Source of the DNA: Escherichia coli | GTDB taxonomy: Bacteria > Pseudomonadota > Gammaproteobacteria > Enterobacterales > Enterobacteriaceae | Strand: one strand, 5' to 3' | Assembly (NCBI RefSeq): GCF_044324875.1 | Contig: NZ_CP172185.1 | DNA length: 64,000 nt | Shown here: positions 34,241 to 45,931 of the stretch, piece by piece | Numbering within the stretch: position 1 is the first letter of the stretch | Layout: each line of letters starts with the position of its first letter | Made by a program: the position numbers and the translations under genes | Notes under the pieces: generated by a model | Seen by the model: only the letters and a program-made list of their open reading frames with translations | What the model was told of the DNA's origin: nothing | Databases searched by the model: none

Positions 34241-35089
34241 ATGGGGAAAGAAGTGATGGGAAAAAAAGAGAACGAGATGGCGCAGGCAAAAGAGCGTCCA
34301 GCCGGAAGCCAGAGTCTGTTTCGCGGGTTGATGCTGATTGAGATTTTGAGCAACTATCCAAACGGTTGTCCGTTGGCGCATCTTTCGGAGCTGGCTGGTT
34401 TAAATAAGAGTACCGTCCATCGCTTATTGCAGGGATTACAGTCCTGCGGCTATGTGACCACCGCGCCCGCCGCAGGGAGTTACCGCCTGACTACCAAATT
34501 CATTGCCGTCGGGCAGAAGGCGCTGTCTTCGCTGAATATCATTCATATCGCCGCTCCGCATCTTGAGGCACTGAACATCGCCACTGGTGAAACCATTAAC
34601 TTCTCCAGCCGCGAAGACGATCACGCTATTTTGATTTATAAGCTGGAACCCACAACCGGGATGCTGCGAACTCGTGCCTATATAGGCCAGCATATGCCGC
34701 TCTACTGTTCCGCAATGGGCAAGATCTACATGGCGTTTGGTCACCCGGACTACGTGAAGTCATACTGGGAAAGCCATCAGCAAGAGATCCAGCCGTTAAC
34801 CCGCAATACCATTACCGAGCTGCCTGCGATGTTCGACGAACTGGCGCACATTCGTGAAAGCGGAGCGGCGATGGACAGAGAAGAAAACGAACTCGGCGTC
34901 TCCTGTATTGCTGTTCCGGTGTTTGATATTCATGGGCGGGTGCCGTACGCCGTGTCGATTTCTCTTTCGACATCACGTCTGAAACAGGTGGGGGAGAAAA
35001 ATCTCCTGAAACCACTGCGTGAAACCGCGCAGGCTATTTCTAATGAACTGGGATTTACTGTCAGGGACGACCAGGGCGCGATCACATAA
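34241..35089 (+). CDS. yiaJ: IclR-family transcriptional repressor
   Basis: 282-aa ORF, N-terminal HTH (LSELAGLNKSTVHRLLQGL), divergent from yiaK. Confidence 0.9.
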   Translation: MGKEVMGKKENEMAQAKERPAGSQSLFRGLMLIEILSNYPNGCPLAHLSELAGLNKSTVHRLLQGLQSCGYVTTAPAAGSYRLTTKFIAVGQKALSSLNIIHIAAPHLEALNIATGETINFSSREDDHAILIYKLEPTTGMLRTRAYIGQHMPLYCSAMGKIYMAFGHPDYVKSYWESHQQEIQPLTRNTITELPAMFDELAHIRESGAAMDREENELGVSCIAVPVFDIHGRVPYAVSISLSTSRLKQVGEKNLLKPLRETAQAISNELGFTVRDDQGAIT

Positions 35090-35184
35090 CGCTTTAGACA
35101 AGTGCCAAAACTTTAACATTTCCTTCGTTGGATCAAAGCAGTAGAGACGCGCTCTCTGGCACTCTGCTGTTTTAGTGCAAAGGA

Positions 35185-35675
35185 GTGATCATGAACCGGT
35201 TTATTATTGCGGATGCGACGAAATGTATCGGTTGCCGTACCTGTGAAGTGGCTTGCGCAGTGTCGCATCAGGAGAATCAGGATTGCGCTGCGTTGTCACC
35301 AGACGAGTTTATTTCCCGTATTCGTGTTATTAAAGACCACAGCTGGACCACGGCTGGACCACGGCTGTAGCCTGCCATCAATGTGAAGATGCACCGTGCG
35401 CGAATGTCTGCCCTGTTGACGCGATAAGCCGCGAACATGGGCATATTTTCGTTGAACAATCACGTTGCATTGGCTGTAAAAGCTGTATGCTGGCTTGCCC
35501 GTTTGGTGCGATGGAGGTCGTTTCTTCGCGCAAAAAGGCGAGGGCGATTAAGTGCGATCTGTGCTGGCATCGGGCGACGGGACCGGCCTGTGTTGAAGCC
35601 TGCCCGACAAAGGCGTTGCAGTGCATGGATGTCGAGAAAGTGCAGCGACATCGGCTACGGCAGCAGCCTGTTTGA
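35185..35675 (+). pseudogene. ysaA: 4Fe-4S ferredoxin-type protein YsaA, interrupted by a frameshift
   Basis: Track ORFs 35185-35370 and 35487-35675 both carry CxxCxxCxxxCP ferredoxin motifs; an 11-bp unit ctggaccacgg is tandemly duplicated at 35343-35364, and removing one copy restores a single ~159-aa frame. Confidence 0.6.
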
Positions 35676-35723
35676 AACGTTTTTCCGGCGTTTCTCAACG
35701 CAGGGATAGTGCGCTTTGTTTAT

Positions 35724-35822
35724 GCCGGATGCGGCTAAAACGCCTTATCCGGCCTACAAATTCTACCAAATTCAATATATTGCAGAAATCATGTAGGCCT
35801 GATAAGCGTAGCGCATCAGGCA
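35724..35822. repeat. REP-type palindromic elements between ysaA and avtA
   Basis: gccggatgcggctaaaacgccttatccggcctac ... gtaggcctgataagcgtagcgcatcaggc. Confidence 0.6.
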
Positions 35823-35826
35823 ATTT

Positions 35827-37080
35827 TTAGTGACTTTCAGCCCAGGCTCTTTCTATCTCTTCTGCCAGAATCTTCACACCCGCCTCAATTTTCTCCGGCT
35901 CCGGCACGTAGTTCATGCGCATACATTGATGTGTATGTGGCCACGGTTTATCCAGCCCTGGGAAGAAGTTGTGCCCCGGCACCATCAGCACGCCCCGTGC
36001 TTTCAGGCGCTGGTAGAGCTGCTCGGTCGTAATTGGCAAATCCTTAAACCATAGCCAGAGGAAAATGGCTCCTTCGGGTTTATGAATCAGGCAGCGATCT
36101 TCCGGTAAATAGCGGCGAATGATAGCGATAGTTTCCTGAACACGCTGGTAGTAAAACGGTTTGATGACTGTTTCAGACAGGCGCAGCAGATCGTTACGCT
36201 TAATCATTTCACACATCATCGCCGGACCAATACCGCCAGGTGCCAGGCTGATAATGCCGTTCATATTGGTGATGGCGGTGATGATTTTTTCATTGGCGAT
36301 GATAATGCCGCAGCGGGAGCCAGGTAGCCCCAGCTTGGAAAGACTCATGCACAGTACGATATTCGGATTCCACAGCGGGCGCGCTTCGCTGAAGATGATA
36401 CCCGGGAACGGGACGCCATAAGCGTTATCAATCACCAGCGGAATGCCGTGTTGATTCGCCAGCGCGTCAAGCTTCAGCAACTCTTCGTCAGTAATCACAT
36501 TGCCTGTTGGATTCGTCGGCCGGGAGACGCAAATCATCCCGGTTTCTTCGCCAATATGCAGATGCTCAAAATCGACGTGGTATTTAAACTGGCCTTCCGG
36601 CAGCAGTTCAATATTCGGACGTGCAGAGACAAACAGATCTTCTTCCAGTCCGGCGTCAGCGTATCCAATGTATTCCGGTGCCAGCGGAAACAGCACTTTT
36701 TTGACCCGACCGTCGGCACGGCGTCCGGCGAACAGATTAAATAAGTAGAAAAACGCGCTCTGGCTGCCGTTTGTTAGTGCAATATTCTGTGGTTCGATAT
36801 CCCAACCCAACTTCTCGCGCAGCATTCCGGCAAGCAGTGTGAGTAGCTCCGTTTTCCCCTGTGGACCGTCGTAATTGCACAGTGCATCAGTCGCTTTGCC
36901 ACTTTCCAGCATGTCGGTCAGTAGCGTCTGGAAGTAGTCCTGCATTTCCGGGATCTGCGCTGGATTACCGCCGCCGAGCATAATCGCGCCAGGCGTGCGT
37001 AAACCGTCGTTCAGATCTTCCATCAGCAGCGTAATGCCGGAGTGGCGGGTAAATTTGTCACCAAAAAGGGAGAATGTCAT
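35827..37080 (-). CDS. avtA: Valine-pyruvate aminotransferase
   Basis: Track ORF trimmed to ATG 37078-37080 (MTFSLFGDKFTRHSG), 417 aa, aminotransferase class I PLP lysine region. Confidence 0.95.
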   Translation of the reverse strand: MTFSLFGDKFTRHSGITLLMEDLNDGLRTPGAIMLGGGNPAQIPEMQDYFQTLLTDMLESGKATDALCNYDGPQGKTELLTLLAGMLREKLGWDIEPQNIALTNGSQSAFFYLFNLFAGRRADGRVKKVLFPLAPEYIGYADAGLEEDLFVSARPNIELLPEGQFKYHVDFEHLHIGEETGMICVSRPTNPTGNVITDEELLKLDALANQHGIPLVIDNAYGVPFPGIIFSEARPLWNPNIVLCMSLSKLGLPGSRCGIIIANEKIITAITNMNGIISLAPGGIGPAMMCEMIKRNDLLRLSETVIKPFYYQRVQETIAIIRRYLPEDRCLIHKPEGAIFLWLWFKDLPITTEQLYQRLKARGVLMVPGHNFFPGLDKPWPHTHQCMRMNYVPEPEKIEAGVKILAEEIERAWAESH

Positions 37081-37257
37081 AGCGGGATATCTGTCGAACT
37101 CTGTAGCAAGGAAGGTAACAATAACGCTACATTTGCTGGGGTGCAAATCGGTCTGTTGAAGAGTGAGCGGCGATTTATCCTGCAACGCTGATTAGGCCTG
37201 ACATTTTATCCTGGTTAGCGGCTTCCCGAGGTACTGACGAACGGGAAGCCGGAAAAG

Positions 37258-39288
37258 TCACTGTTGCCCAGCCCAGATGACCAGCACTTTATCGTCGCCA
37301 TGCTCACGAACAAAGCCGTAGCCCTGCTTCAGCGAAAGTGTCGTTTGTTTGCCCTCGCCAATTGCGGGATGGCGGGCGCGGAACTGGCTGATTTTCTGCC
37401 AGTGCGCGACGCTGGCGGCAGATTTACCGCTAACATCCTGCCAGTTCATATCCGAACGCGTACCTTGCAGCGGATCCGAACCGGTGGGGCCGAACGGACG
37501 CGAGGATTCATCACCATAAAAGATTTGTACCGCGCCTGGCGCTAATAATAATAACTCTGCTGCTTTGTCGCCTCCTTCACGGAACAGGCGGGTATCATGC
37601 GACGAGAGGTAGCTCAACACGTTGAAATCCTGCAATTTCTCCGCCATTTGCTGCCAGGTCGTATCCATCTGCGCCAGACAATCGACTGCTTTAGCCGCCT
37701 GCTCCTGATAATCGAAATTGATCATCGCATCGAAGCCGTGGCGATAGTAGTCACTTTGCATCACGACGTGGCCCCAGGCTTCACCGGTCATCCAGAACGG
37801 TTTGTCATCTAATGCTTTATCGGGGTTAGCTTTTTTCCATTCGCGAAGCGCGGCGCAGGCTTCGGTTTTCAGTTGCTGCCAGGCGGGCAACTCAACATGT
37901 TTGGCGGTGTCGACCCGAAAACCATCAATCCCATAGTCGCGGACCCACTGACTTAACCAGTGGGTTAAGTAATCGCGAGGGGTAAAGCCGTCGATGACTT
38001 TAGCGTGGGTATCCGTTTTGTTTTTATAGAACACCGGCAGACCAGAAGCGGTCGTTGATTCGGTTTTGATATCCGGCAAAAAGGCCAGCGACATAGTGAG
38101 ATCGTCGAATCCAGGATTGTCGTAATCGCCGATATCGGTTCTGATCCAGTTTTTTCCCCACCATTTATCCCAGCCTGTTTTGTCGCTGAAATTAATGTAA
38201 TCGTTAAAGCTATGCCAGGTTTGCCCGGCGGCAGGTTTCCAGTCGCTCCAGCGTTCACCCAACGTTTTTTTCACTTCGTCACCAGAAAGATATAACGCGC
38301 CAAACTGATACTCCTGCATATCCGCCAGCGTGGCATAGCCAGTGTGGTTCATCACGACATCAAAGAGAATACGAATACCGCGCTGATGCGCGCTATCAAC
38401 CAGCGTCCGTAGATCGGCTTCGCTGCCCATATTGGCATCAAGATTCGTCCAGTCCTGTGTGTAATAACCGTGGTAGGCATAATGCGGGAAATCACCTTTT
38501 GTACCGCCGCCGACCCAGCCGTGAATTTGCTCAAATGGGGCGCTTATCCATAAAGCATTAACGCCCAACTGCTGGAGGTAATCCAGTTTGTTGGTCAGGC
38601 CGCGTAAATCGCCGCCGTGAAAAGTGCCAATTTCTGCCATACCGTCTTTATGACGTCCGTAACTCTGGTCATTACTGGGATCGCCGTTTTCGAAACGATC
38701 TGTCAGCACAAAGTAAACTGTGGCGTTATGCCAGTCAAAAGGGGCAGGGGCGTCAGTTTCTGCCCGTTCCAGCAGGAGTAAACCGTTGCTGGTGGCAGCG
38801 GGTTGTAACGTTATTTGACCGTTCTTCACTATCGCAATTTGCTGGCTGTAATAATCCCGTACGGCGGCTCCTTCCGGGAAAGTGGCGCTGACATCCAGTG
38901 TGAGCGGTAATCCATCCCATTTCGGGCATTCACGGACCAGGCTTGCTACCGGTTCGACGGCGTTCTGGATGGAAATCATCAATGTTGGTGTACCGGAGCG
39001 GGTGTCTAGTTGCAGCGTATATTCGCCGTCCCTGAACAATCGCCATTGAGGCGGCGTGTTGCTACAAGGTTGCAGGGAAAGCATCTGATTGAGTTTTATC
39101 GCATCCGCAGGCTGCCAGCACTGTTGGTCAAAATTTAGCGTTAGTGGACGCGTACCTTTGGGCAACTGTGCGTGGCTGACAAATGTTCCCGTCCCCTGTT
39201 CGCTAAAGGCGGGAAACCCCGGAGAAGTCCAGCTGGCGGCAACGGCGAAGCCAGGAAGGAGCGTCAGAAAACAGGCGGCGAGTTTCAT
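37258..39288 (-). CDS. malS: Periplasmic alpha-amylase
   Basis: 676-aa ORF with signal peptide and GH13 motifs (GFRVDTAKH, FDVVMNH). Confidence 0.95.
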   Translation of the reverse strand: MKLAACFLTLLPGFAVAASWTSPGFPAFSEQGTGTFVSHAQLPKGTRPLTLNFDQQCWQPADAIKLNQMLSLQPCSNTPPQWRLFRDGEYTLQLDTRSGTPTLMISIQNAVEPVASLVRECPKWDGLPLTLDVSATFPEGAAVRDYYSQQIAIVKNGQITLQPAATSNGLLLLERAETDAPAPFDWHNATVYFVLTDRFENGDPSNDQSYGRHKDGMAEIGTFHGGDLRGLTNKLDYLQQLGVNALWISAPFEQIHGWVGGGTKGDFPHYAYHGYYTQDWTNLDANMGSEADLRTLVDSAHQRGIRILFDVVMNHTGYATLADMQEYQFGALYLSGDEVKKTLGERWSDWKPAAGQTWHSFNDYINFSDKTGWDKWWGKNWIRTDIGDYDNPGFDDLTMSLAFLPDIKTESTTASGLPVFYKNKTDTHAKVIDGFTPRDYLTHWLSQWVRDYGIDGFRVDTAKHVELPAWQQLKTEACAALREWKKANPDKALDDKPFWMTGEAWGHVVMQSDYYRHGFDAMINFDYQEQAAKAVDCLAQMDTTWQQMAEKLQDFNVLSYLSSHDTRLFREGGDKAAELLLLAPGAVQIFYGDESSRPFGPTGSDPLQGTRSDMNWQDVSGKSAASVAHWQKISQFRARHPAIGEGKQTTLSLKQGYGFVREHGDDKVLVIWAGQQ

Positions 39289-39607
39289 GGTGAATGAGTC
39301 CTTATTGCTGCGATTTCAGACAGTTTGCCAGCGATAAGCCAGACAAAACTCATCCCTGAGCGGTAAGTCCACAGGATGAGAAGCAAGGGTGAGCGATCGC
39401 GCGCAAAAAACGGCTGAATTTTGCGATAAACCCCACATTTTCTGCGATTTAGCGCCAATCTGAATCGTTAACTCGTGACATAGTTTCAGATTTGGACTAT
39501 TCCTTGGGGTGCTCTTGACAGCTATTTTTGATATGATTTGAGATTCAACTCTCAAATTTGTGAAAAATATAAGGTGTTGGAATGATTAAATCCGACCAGG
39601 AGACCTG

Positions 39608-40432
39608 ATGATTTTGACTCCCATACGACGATATGGGGCGATGATTCTTATGTTACTCACTCTGGTGTTTTCGAGTGAGGTGTTAGCGAAGACGCACACA
39701 ACAACAGCGAGTCAAAAGTCCCACTTAACTAAAGCTAGTAATAAACAGGTAAGCAGTAAACAAGAGTATTCTCGCAATAGTGCAAAGAGTAGTTCACTTC
39801 CTGATTTGCGAAAATACCCTTCCGGAACACCAAGGAAAAAGGCGTTTCTCCGGACCGTAATGCCTTACATTACCAGCCAAAATGCAGCCATTACTGCGGA
39901 ACGTAACTGGCTGATTTCAAAACAGTATCAGGGCCAATGGTCACCTGCTGAGCGTGCGCGTCTGAAAGACATCGCCAAACGCTACAAGGTGAAGTGGTCT
40001 GGTAATACGCGAAAAATCCCGTGGAATACCTTGCTCGAACGCGTAGACATTATCCCCACCAGTATGGTGGCGACGATGGCTGCAGCAGAAAGCGGTTGGG
40101 GAACGTCGAAGCTGGCGCGCAACAACAACAATCTGTTCGGCATGAAATGCATGAAAGGACGTTGTACTAATGCGCCGGGTAAAGTGAAGGGGTACTCACA
40201 GTTTAGTTCTGTCAAAGAATCGGTGAGCGCCTATGTTACTAACCTGAATACGCATCCGGCTTACTCTTCGTTCCGTAAATCGCGTGCACAGCTGCGTAAA
40301 GCGGATCAGGAAGTGACTGCCACAGCGATGATTCACAAGCTGAAGGGCTACTCGACCAAAGGGAAGAGTTATAACAACTACCTGTTCGCAATGTACCAGG
40401 ATAACCAACGGTTAATCGCGGCACATATGTAA
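39608..40432 (+). CDS. bax: Bax protein (glucosaminidase-domain)
   Basis: 274-aa ORF with N-terminal hydrophobic segment. Confidence 0.85.
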   Translation: MILTPIRRYGAMILMLLTLVFSSEVLAKTHTTTASQKSHLTKASNKQVSSKQEYSRNSAKSSSLPDLRKYPSGTPRKKAFLRTVMPYITSQNAAITAERNWLISKQYQGQWSPAERARLKDIAKRYKVKWSGNTRKIPWNTLLERVDIIPTSMVATMAAAESGWGTSKLARNNNNLFGMKCMKGRCTNAPGKVKGYSQFSSVKESVSAYVTNLNTHPAYSSFRKSRAQLRKADQEVTATAMIHKLKGYSTKGKSYNNYLFAMYQDNQRLIAAHM

Positions 40433-40539
40433 TTGCATTTCCTCGAGCCTTATCCGACTTGTCGGTCGGATAAGGTTTTTGCTCGCATCAGGTGATTGTG
40501 CTGGGTTACCTGATGTGACGCCGACAATTCTCATCATCG

Positions 40540-41718
40540 CTACAACATGACCTCGCTATTTACATCGCGATACTCTTTTGGCGTCGTGTCATATGCTTTT
40601 TTAAAAACAGAGTAGAAATATTGCAGCGATGGATAACCGCACATTTGCGATATCTCATTGATCGACAAGGTGGTTGAAATCAGCAGACTGCGCGCTTTCT
40701 CCAGCTTCTCGGCATGAATCATGGCATGGATGGTTTCACCCACCTCTTCTTTAAAACGCTTCTCAAGATTGGAGCGCGAGATCCCGACCGCATCGAGTAC
40801 CTGATCCACTTTAATCCCTTTACAGGCGTTATTACGAATGTAATGCATGGCCTGAATAACGGCGGGATCGGTCAGCGAGCGGTAATCTGTTGAGCGCCGT
40901 TCAATGACGCGAACTGGTGGGACCAAAATCCGCTGTAGCGGCATTTCTTCTTTATCTAATAATCGATGCAACAGTTTTGCCGCCTGATAGCCCATTTGCC
41001 GCGCGCCCTGAGCGACCGAAGAAAGGGCGACACGCGACAGATAGCGGGTCAGTTCTTCGTTATCGATGCCAATCACGCATAATTTTTCCGGTACGGGAAT
41101 GTGTAGATGTTCACATACTTGCAGAATATGCCGCGCCCGGGCGTCAGTAACGGCAATAATCCCGGTTTGCGGTGGCAGCGTTTGTAGCCAGTCTGCCAGC
41201 CGATTTTGCGCGTGTTGCCAGTTCTCTGGCGCGGTTTCTAACCCCTGATAAACCACTCCGCGATACTTTTCTTCGGCGACAAGCTGACGAAATGCATATT
41301 CGCGTTCAGTGGCCCAACGTTTACCGCTTGATTCCGGAAGACCATAAAAAGCAAAGCGGTTAACGCCTTTCTCTTTTAAATGCAAAAATGCGCTTTCAAC
41401 CAGCGCATAGTTATCGGTGGCAATGTAATGAACGGGTGGGTAACTTTCGGCAAGGTGATACGAGCCACCAACCCCAACAATGGGGACGTCGACATCAGCC
41501 AGCGCTTGCTCGATTTGTTTGTCGTCGAAGTCGGCAATGACGCCATCTCCTAACCAGTCCTTGATTTTATCAATGCGGGCGCGGAAATCTTCTTCAATGA
41601 AAATATCCCATTCCGATTGTGACGCCTGTAAATATTCCCCTACGCCTTCTACTACCTGCCGGTCATAGGCTTTATTGGCATTGAACAGTAATGTGATGCG
41701 GTGACGTTTAGTAAACAT
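40540..41718 (-). CDS. xylR: Xylose operon activator (AraC family with periplasmic-binding-protein-like domain)
   Basis: 392-aa ORF, C-terminal AraC HTH. Confidence 0.95.
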   Translation of the reverse strand: MFTKRHRITLLFNANKAYDRQVVEGVGEYLQASQSEWDIFIEEDFRARIDKIKDWLGDGVIADFDDKQIEQALADVDVPIVGVGGSYHLAESYPPVHYIATDNYALVESAFLHLKEKGVNRFAFYGLPESSGKRWATEREYAFRQLVAEEKYRGVVYQGLETAPENWQHAQNRLADWLQTLPPQTGIIAVTDARARHILQVCEHLHIPVPEKLCVIGIDNEELTRYLSRVALSSVAQGARQMGYQAAKLLHRLLDKEEMPLQRILVPPVRVIERRSTDYRSLTDPAVIQAMHYIRNNACKGIKVDQVLDAVGISRSNLEKRFKEEVGETIHAMIHAEKLEKARSLLISTTLSINEISQMCGYPSLQYFYSVFKKAYDTTPKEYRDVNSEVML

Positions 41719-41795
41719 GGTTCTTTTCCTGCTGAATCATGCAAAAACTCAAAACCGGTAATACGTTACCGGCTTTGAGAAAATTTTTATCAAAA

Positions 41796-42977
41796 TCAAG
41801 AACGGCGTTTGGTTGCGGAGTCCATCCATACTGCCAGCAACAGAATCGCACCTTTAACGATATACTGCCAGAAAGTCGGTACATCCATCATACTCATGCC
41901 GTTATCCAGTGAAGCCATGATGAATGCCCCCATTACCGCTCCGGCCACGCTCCCGACGCCGCCTGCCAGACTGGTGCCGCCAATCACGCATGCTGCAATT
42001 GCGTCCAGCTCGGCGATATTTCCCGCAGAAGGTGAACCAGCGCCAAGTCGAGAACTGAGGATTAATCCGGCGATAGCGACCATTAATCCGTTAATAGCGA
42101 ATACGGCAAGTTTGGTGCGTTCAACGTTAATCCCGGAGAGACGTGCTGCTTCCAGATTGCCGCCGATGGCATAAATGCGTCGTCCAAATGCCGTCCGCGT
42201 TGCCATAAACATTCCGCCGAGTAACAGCAACGTCAGCAGCAGAACAGGAGTGGGAACGCCACGGTAATCGTTCAACAGCCAGATTGCGCCTAAGACGATA
42301 ATCGCCGTTAATGCCTGGCGACCGACAACTGCGGTAGAGGCCGGAGACTGCAAACCCAAAGCCTGACGGCGCATTCTTCCGCGCCATTGCCAGCCAACAA
42401 AAGCCATTAAGCCAAGCGCGCCAATGATGAAGCCGGTGCTGGCGGGTAGATAGCTTTGCCCGATTTGTGACATCGCGGCGCTGGTGGGGGAAACAGTCGT
42501 GCCGTTGGTGATGCCAATGAGTATGCCGCGAAATGCCAACATGCCCGCGAGGGTGACAATAAATGAAGGGACTTTGCGGTAAGCGACCCACCATCCGTTC
42601 CAGGCACCGAGAAGCAGTCCCAGAACCAAAGTCACAATGATGGTAAGTGGCAAAGGCCAGCCTAACCAAACGTCACAAATCGCCGCGACGCCACCTAACA
42701 GCCCCATCATTGAGCCGACGGAAAGGTCGATTTCAGCAGAAATTATGACGAACACCATTCCTACCGCGAGGATGCCGGTAATCGCTGTCTGGCGTAACAG
42801 GTTGGAGACGTTACGGGCGCTTAAGTAGGCACCATCGGTGGTCCAGGTAAAGAACAGCATGATTGCGATGATAGCTGCAATCATCACGAAGACCTGCAAA
42901 TTCAGTGACTTCAGCCCGGAAAAGCCACCGGATGTCGGTACGGCCAATTTCACTTCAGACGGATTGCTTTTCGACAT
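41796..42977 (-). CDS. xylH: Xylose ABC transporter permease
   Basis: 393-aa polytopic ORF; overlaps the xylG stop by 23 bp. Confidence 0.95.
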
Positions 42978-44496
42978 GATGTTCGCTCCTCAATGCGGCT
43001 TCCATCACCTGCTCCTGAGTCAGGTTATGATTTATCAGGTTGGCTTTTAGTTTCCCTTCATGCATCACCAGTACACGATCGCTAAGGCCGAGCACTTCAG
43101 GTAATTCGGAAGAGATGACAATAACGGCAATACCCTGCTGGACGAGTTGGTTAATTAATTTGTAGATCTCGTATTTCGCGCCAATATCGATACCCCTGGT
43201 AGGCTCATCAAGAATGAGAATGCGCGGGTTGAGTAACAGGCAGCGAGCGAGGATCGCTTTTTGCTGATTACCGCCGCTCAAACGTCCAATAGCAAGGTCG
43301 GGGGACGACGTTTTAACTTTGAGTTGCTGGATTGATTCCAGAATACATTTTTGCTCTGCCGCGTCATCAAGCTGGCTAATACCGCCGGTAAATTTATTGA
43401 GTGCGGCGAGGGTAATATTTTTACCAACCGCCATTACCGGAACGATGCCGTCGCGCTTTCTGTCTTCGGGGACCATCGCAATCCCCTGGGCGATGGCTTG
43501 CTGACAGTTACGAATATCTACCTGTTTGCCATCAATATAAATTTTTCCTTCCCATTGTCCGGGCCACACGCCAAACAGGCACTGAATGGTCTCGGTACGT
43601 CCGGCACCAACGAGTCCGGCAATACCCAGTATTTCGCCACGTTTCAGGGAAAACGAGACATCATTAACTCGTTTAATATGACGATTAACCGGATGCCATG
43701 CCGTCAGATGTTCAATACGTAATATTTCATCTCCGGTGGTATGTGGTTCATTAGGGTAAAGCGCGGTTAACTCTCGCCCGACCATCATGGTGATAATATC
43801 GTCTTCACTCATTCCGGCAGCATCACGCGTACCAATGTGCTGACCGTCGCGAATAACGCAAATCGTATCGGAAATCGCTTTGACTTCGTTGAGTTTGTGC
43901 GAAATATAAATACAGGCGATACCGTGCTGTTGTAGATCGCGAATAATATCCAGTAAAACCGACGTTTCCTGCTCAGTTAATGAGGCTGTCGGTTCATCGA
44001 GAATTAACAAACGCACCTGTTTATTAAGTGCCTTGGCAATTTCAACCAGTTGTTGTTGCCCAAGCCCTAAATCGCCAACGCGGGTATCGGGTGAAATGGA
44101 TAAACTGACCTGTGCGAGCAGCTTCTGACAGCGTAGTGTCATCAGGTCATAATCCATAATGCCATTGTGGGTTATTTCGTTACCCAGGAAGATATTTTCC
44201 AGCACAGTCAATTCTTTCACCAGGGCCAATTCCTGGTGAATAATGGCGATACCTTTGCGTTCGGTATCGCGGATGTGACTCGCCTGAATCTCTTCTCCCG
44301 CAAAAATAATTTCGCCTTCGTAGGAACCATGGGGATAAATACCACACAGCACTTTCATCAGCGTTGATTTACCAGACCCATTTTCCCCACAGAGTGAGAC
44401 GATTTCGCCAGCATTCAACCGCAAGCTGACGTTATCAATCGCCTTCACACTGCCGAAGGTTTTGGTAATGTTCTTCATTTCAAGTAGATAAGGCAT
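42955..44496 (-). CDS. xylG: Xylose ABC transporter ATP-binding protein (tandem ABC domains)
   Basis: 513-aa ORF with two Walker A motifs ([18 protein letters not shown]). Confidence 0.95.
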
Positions 44497-44573
44497 AACG
44501 ACTCCACCTAAGCCAATTCATTCACGCGGCATGGAGAGAAATCACGCCCCCGCTCCTCGCCGGGGCGTAACGC

Positions 44574-45566
44574 TTACAGCTCGCTCTCTTTGTGGAATCC
44601 GTCTTTAACTACCGTTTCTTTGATGTTGTTTTTATTCACATCGATCGGTGTCAGCAGGCGGGAGGGAACATCTTTCAGACCATTATTCAGAGTGGTATCT
44701 GCTTTTGGTTCCTGACCATTGCCCAACTCAACGGCAATTTCTGCGGCAGTATTTGCCAACAATGTAATAGGTTTATACACCGTCATAGTTTGCGTACCGG
44801 CAGCAATACGTTTAATACCTGCGAGATCCGCATCCTGGCCGGAAATTGCTACTTTCCCTGATAAACCTTGCGCACTTAATGCCTGAATTGCCCCACCTGC
44901 GGTGGCATCGTTTGAGGCAACTACAGCATCAATTTTGTTATTATTGGCGGTTAGCGCGTTTTCCATAATTTTCAATGCGTTTTCCGGTAACCAGCCATCA
45001 ACCCATTGGTCACCAACGACTTTAATTTTTCCGGAATCAACGTAAGGTTTTAACACTTTCATTTGCCCGGCGCGGAACAGCTTGGCGTTGTTATCTACCG
45101 GCGAGCCGCCCATCAGGAAGTAATTACCTTGCGGAACAATATCGACCAGGGCTTTTGCCTGCAGTTCACCGACTTTTTCGTTATCGAAAGAAATATAAAA
45201 ATCGATATCCGCATCGTTAATCATACGGTCGTAAGCTAATACTTTAATACCTTCTTGTTTGGCTTCTTTTACAACGTTACTTAATACCTGACCGTTATAC
45301 GGAATAATGACAAGAACATCGACGCCCCGGTTAATCATGTTTTCAATCTGCGACATTTGTGTTTCTTCATTGCCATTTGCAGACTGTACAAATACTTTCG
45401 CGCCGAGAGATTCTGCCTTTTTCACAAAAATATCTCGATCTTTTTGCCAGCGTTCAAGACGGAGATCATCAATCGCCATACCTATTTTGACTTCTTTGGC
45501 GTGTGCCGCAACGTTGGTAAGCAGAAGTGAGGTGCAAAGGGTGAGTAGAATGTTCTTTATTTTCAT
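44574..45566 (-). CDS. xylF: D-xylose ABC transporter periplasmic binding protein
   Basis: Track ORF trimmed to ATG 45564-45566 (MKIKNILLTLCTSLLLTNVAAHA signal peptide), 330 aa. Confidence 0.95.
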   Translation of the reverse strand: MKIKNILLTLCTSLLLTNVAAHAKEVKIGMAIDDLRLERWQKDRDIFVKKAESLGAKVFVQSANGNEETQMSQIENMINRGVDVLVIIPYNGQVLSNVVKEAKQEGIKVLAYDRMINDADIDFYISFDNEKVGELQAKALVDIVPQGNYFLMGGSPVDNNAKLFRAGQMKVLKPYVDSGKIKVVGDQWVDGWLPENALKIMENALTANNNKIDAVVASNDATAGGAIQALSAQGLSGKVAISGQDADLAGIKRIAAGTQTMTVYKPITLLANTAAEIAVELGNGQEPKADTTLNNGLKDVPSRLLTPIDVNKNNIKETVVKDGFHKESEL

Positions 45567-45931
45567 GGTGTAGGGCCTTCTGTAGGTAGAGGACAGCTTT
45601 AATAAGTAACAATCACCGCGATAAACGTAACCAATTTTTAGCAACTAAACAGGGGAAAACAATTACAGATTTTTATCTTTCGATTACGATTTTTGGTTTA
45701 TTTCTTGATTTATGACAGAGATCTTACTTTTGTTGCGCAATTGTACTTATTGCATTTTTCTCTTCGAGGAATTACCCAGTTTCATCATTCCATTTTATTT
45801 TGCGAGCGAGCGCACACTTGTGAATTATCTCAATAGCAGTGTGAAATAACATAATTGAGCAACTGAAAGGGAGTGCCCAATATTACGACATCATCCATCA
45901 CCCGCGGCATTACCTGATTATGGAGTTCAAT
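45567..45931. promoter_or_regulatory. Divergent xylFGH / xylAB control region
   Basis: 365-bp AT-rich intergenic region; CRP-like site ttgtgaattatctcaata near 45819-45834; known XylR/CRP-controlled divergent promoters in this family of loci. Confidence 0.5.

Noticed and set aside
45567-45644. N-terminal extensions in track ORFs (xylF to 45644, avtA to 37185, yiaN to 31234, mtlD to 5536, ghrB to 59844, yiaF from 57978)
   Set aside because: The track opens ORFs at the first possible start, including TTG/GTG; internal ATGs with Shine-Dalgarno sequences and expected N-termini or signal peptides give the sizes typical of these families
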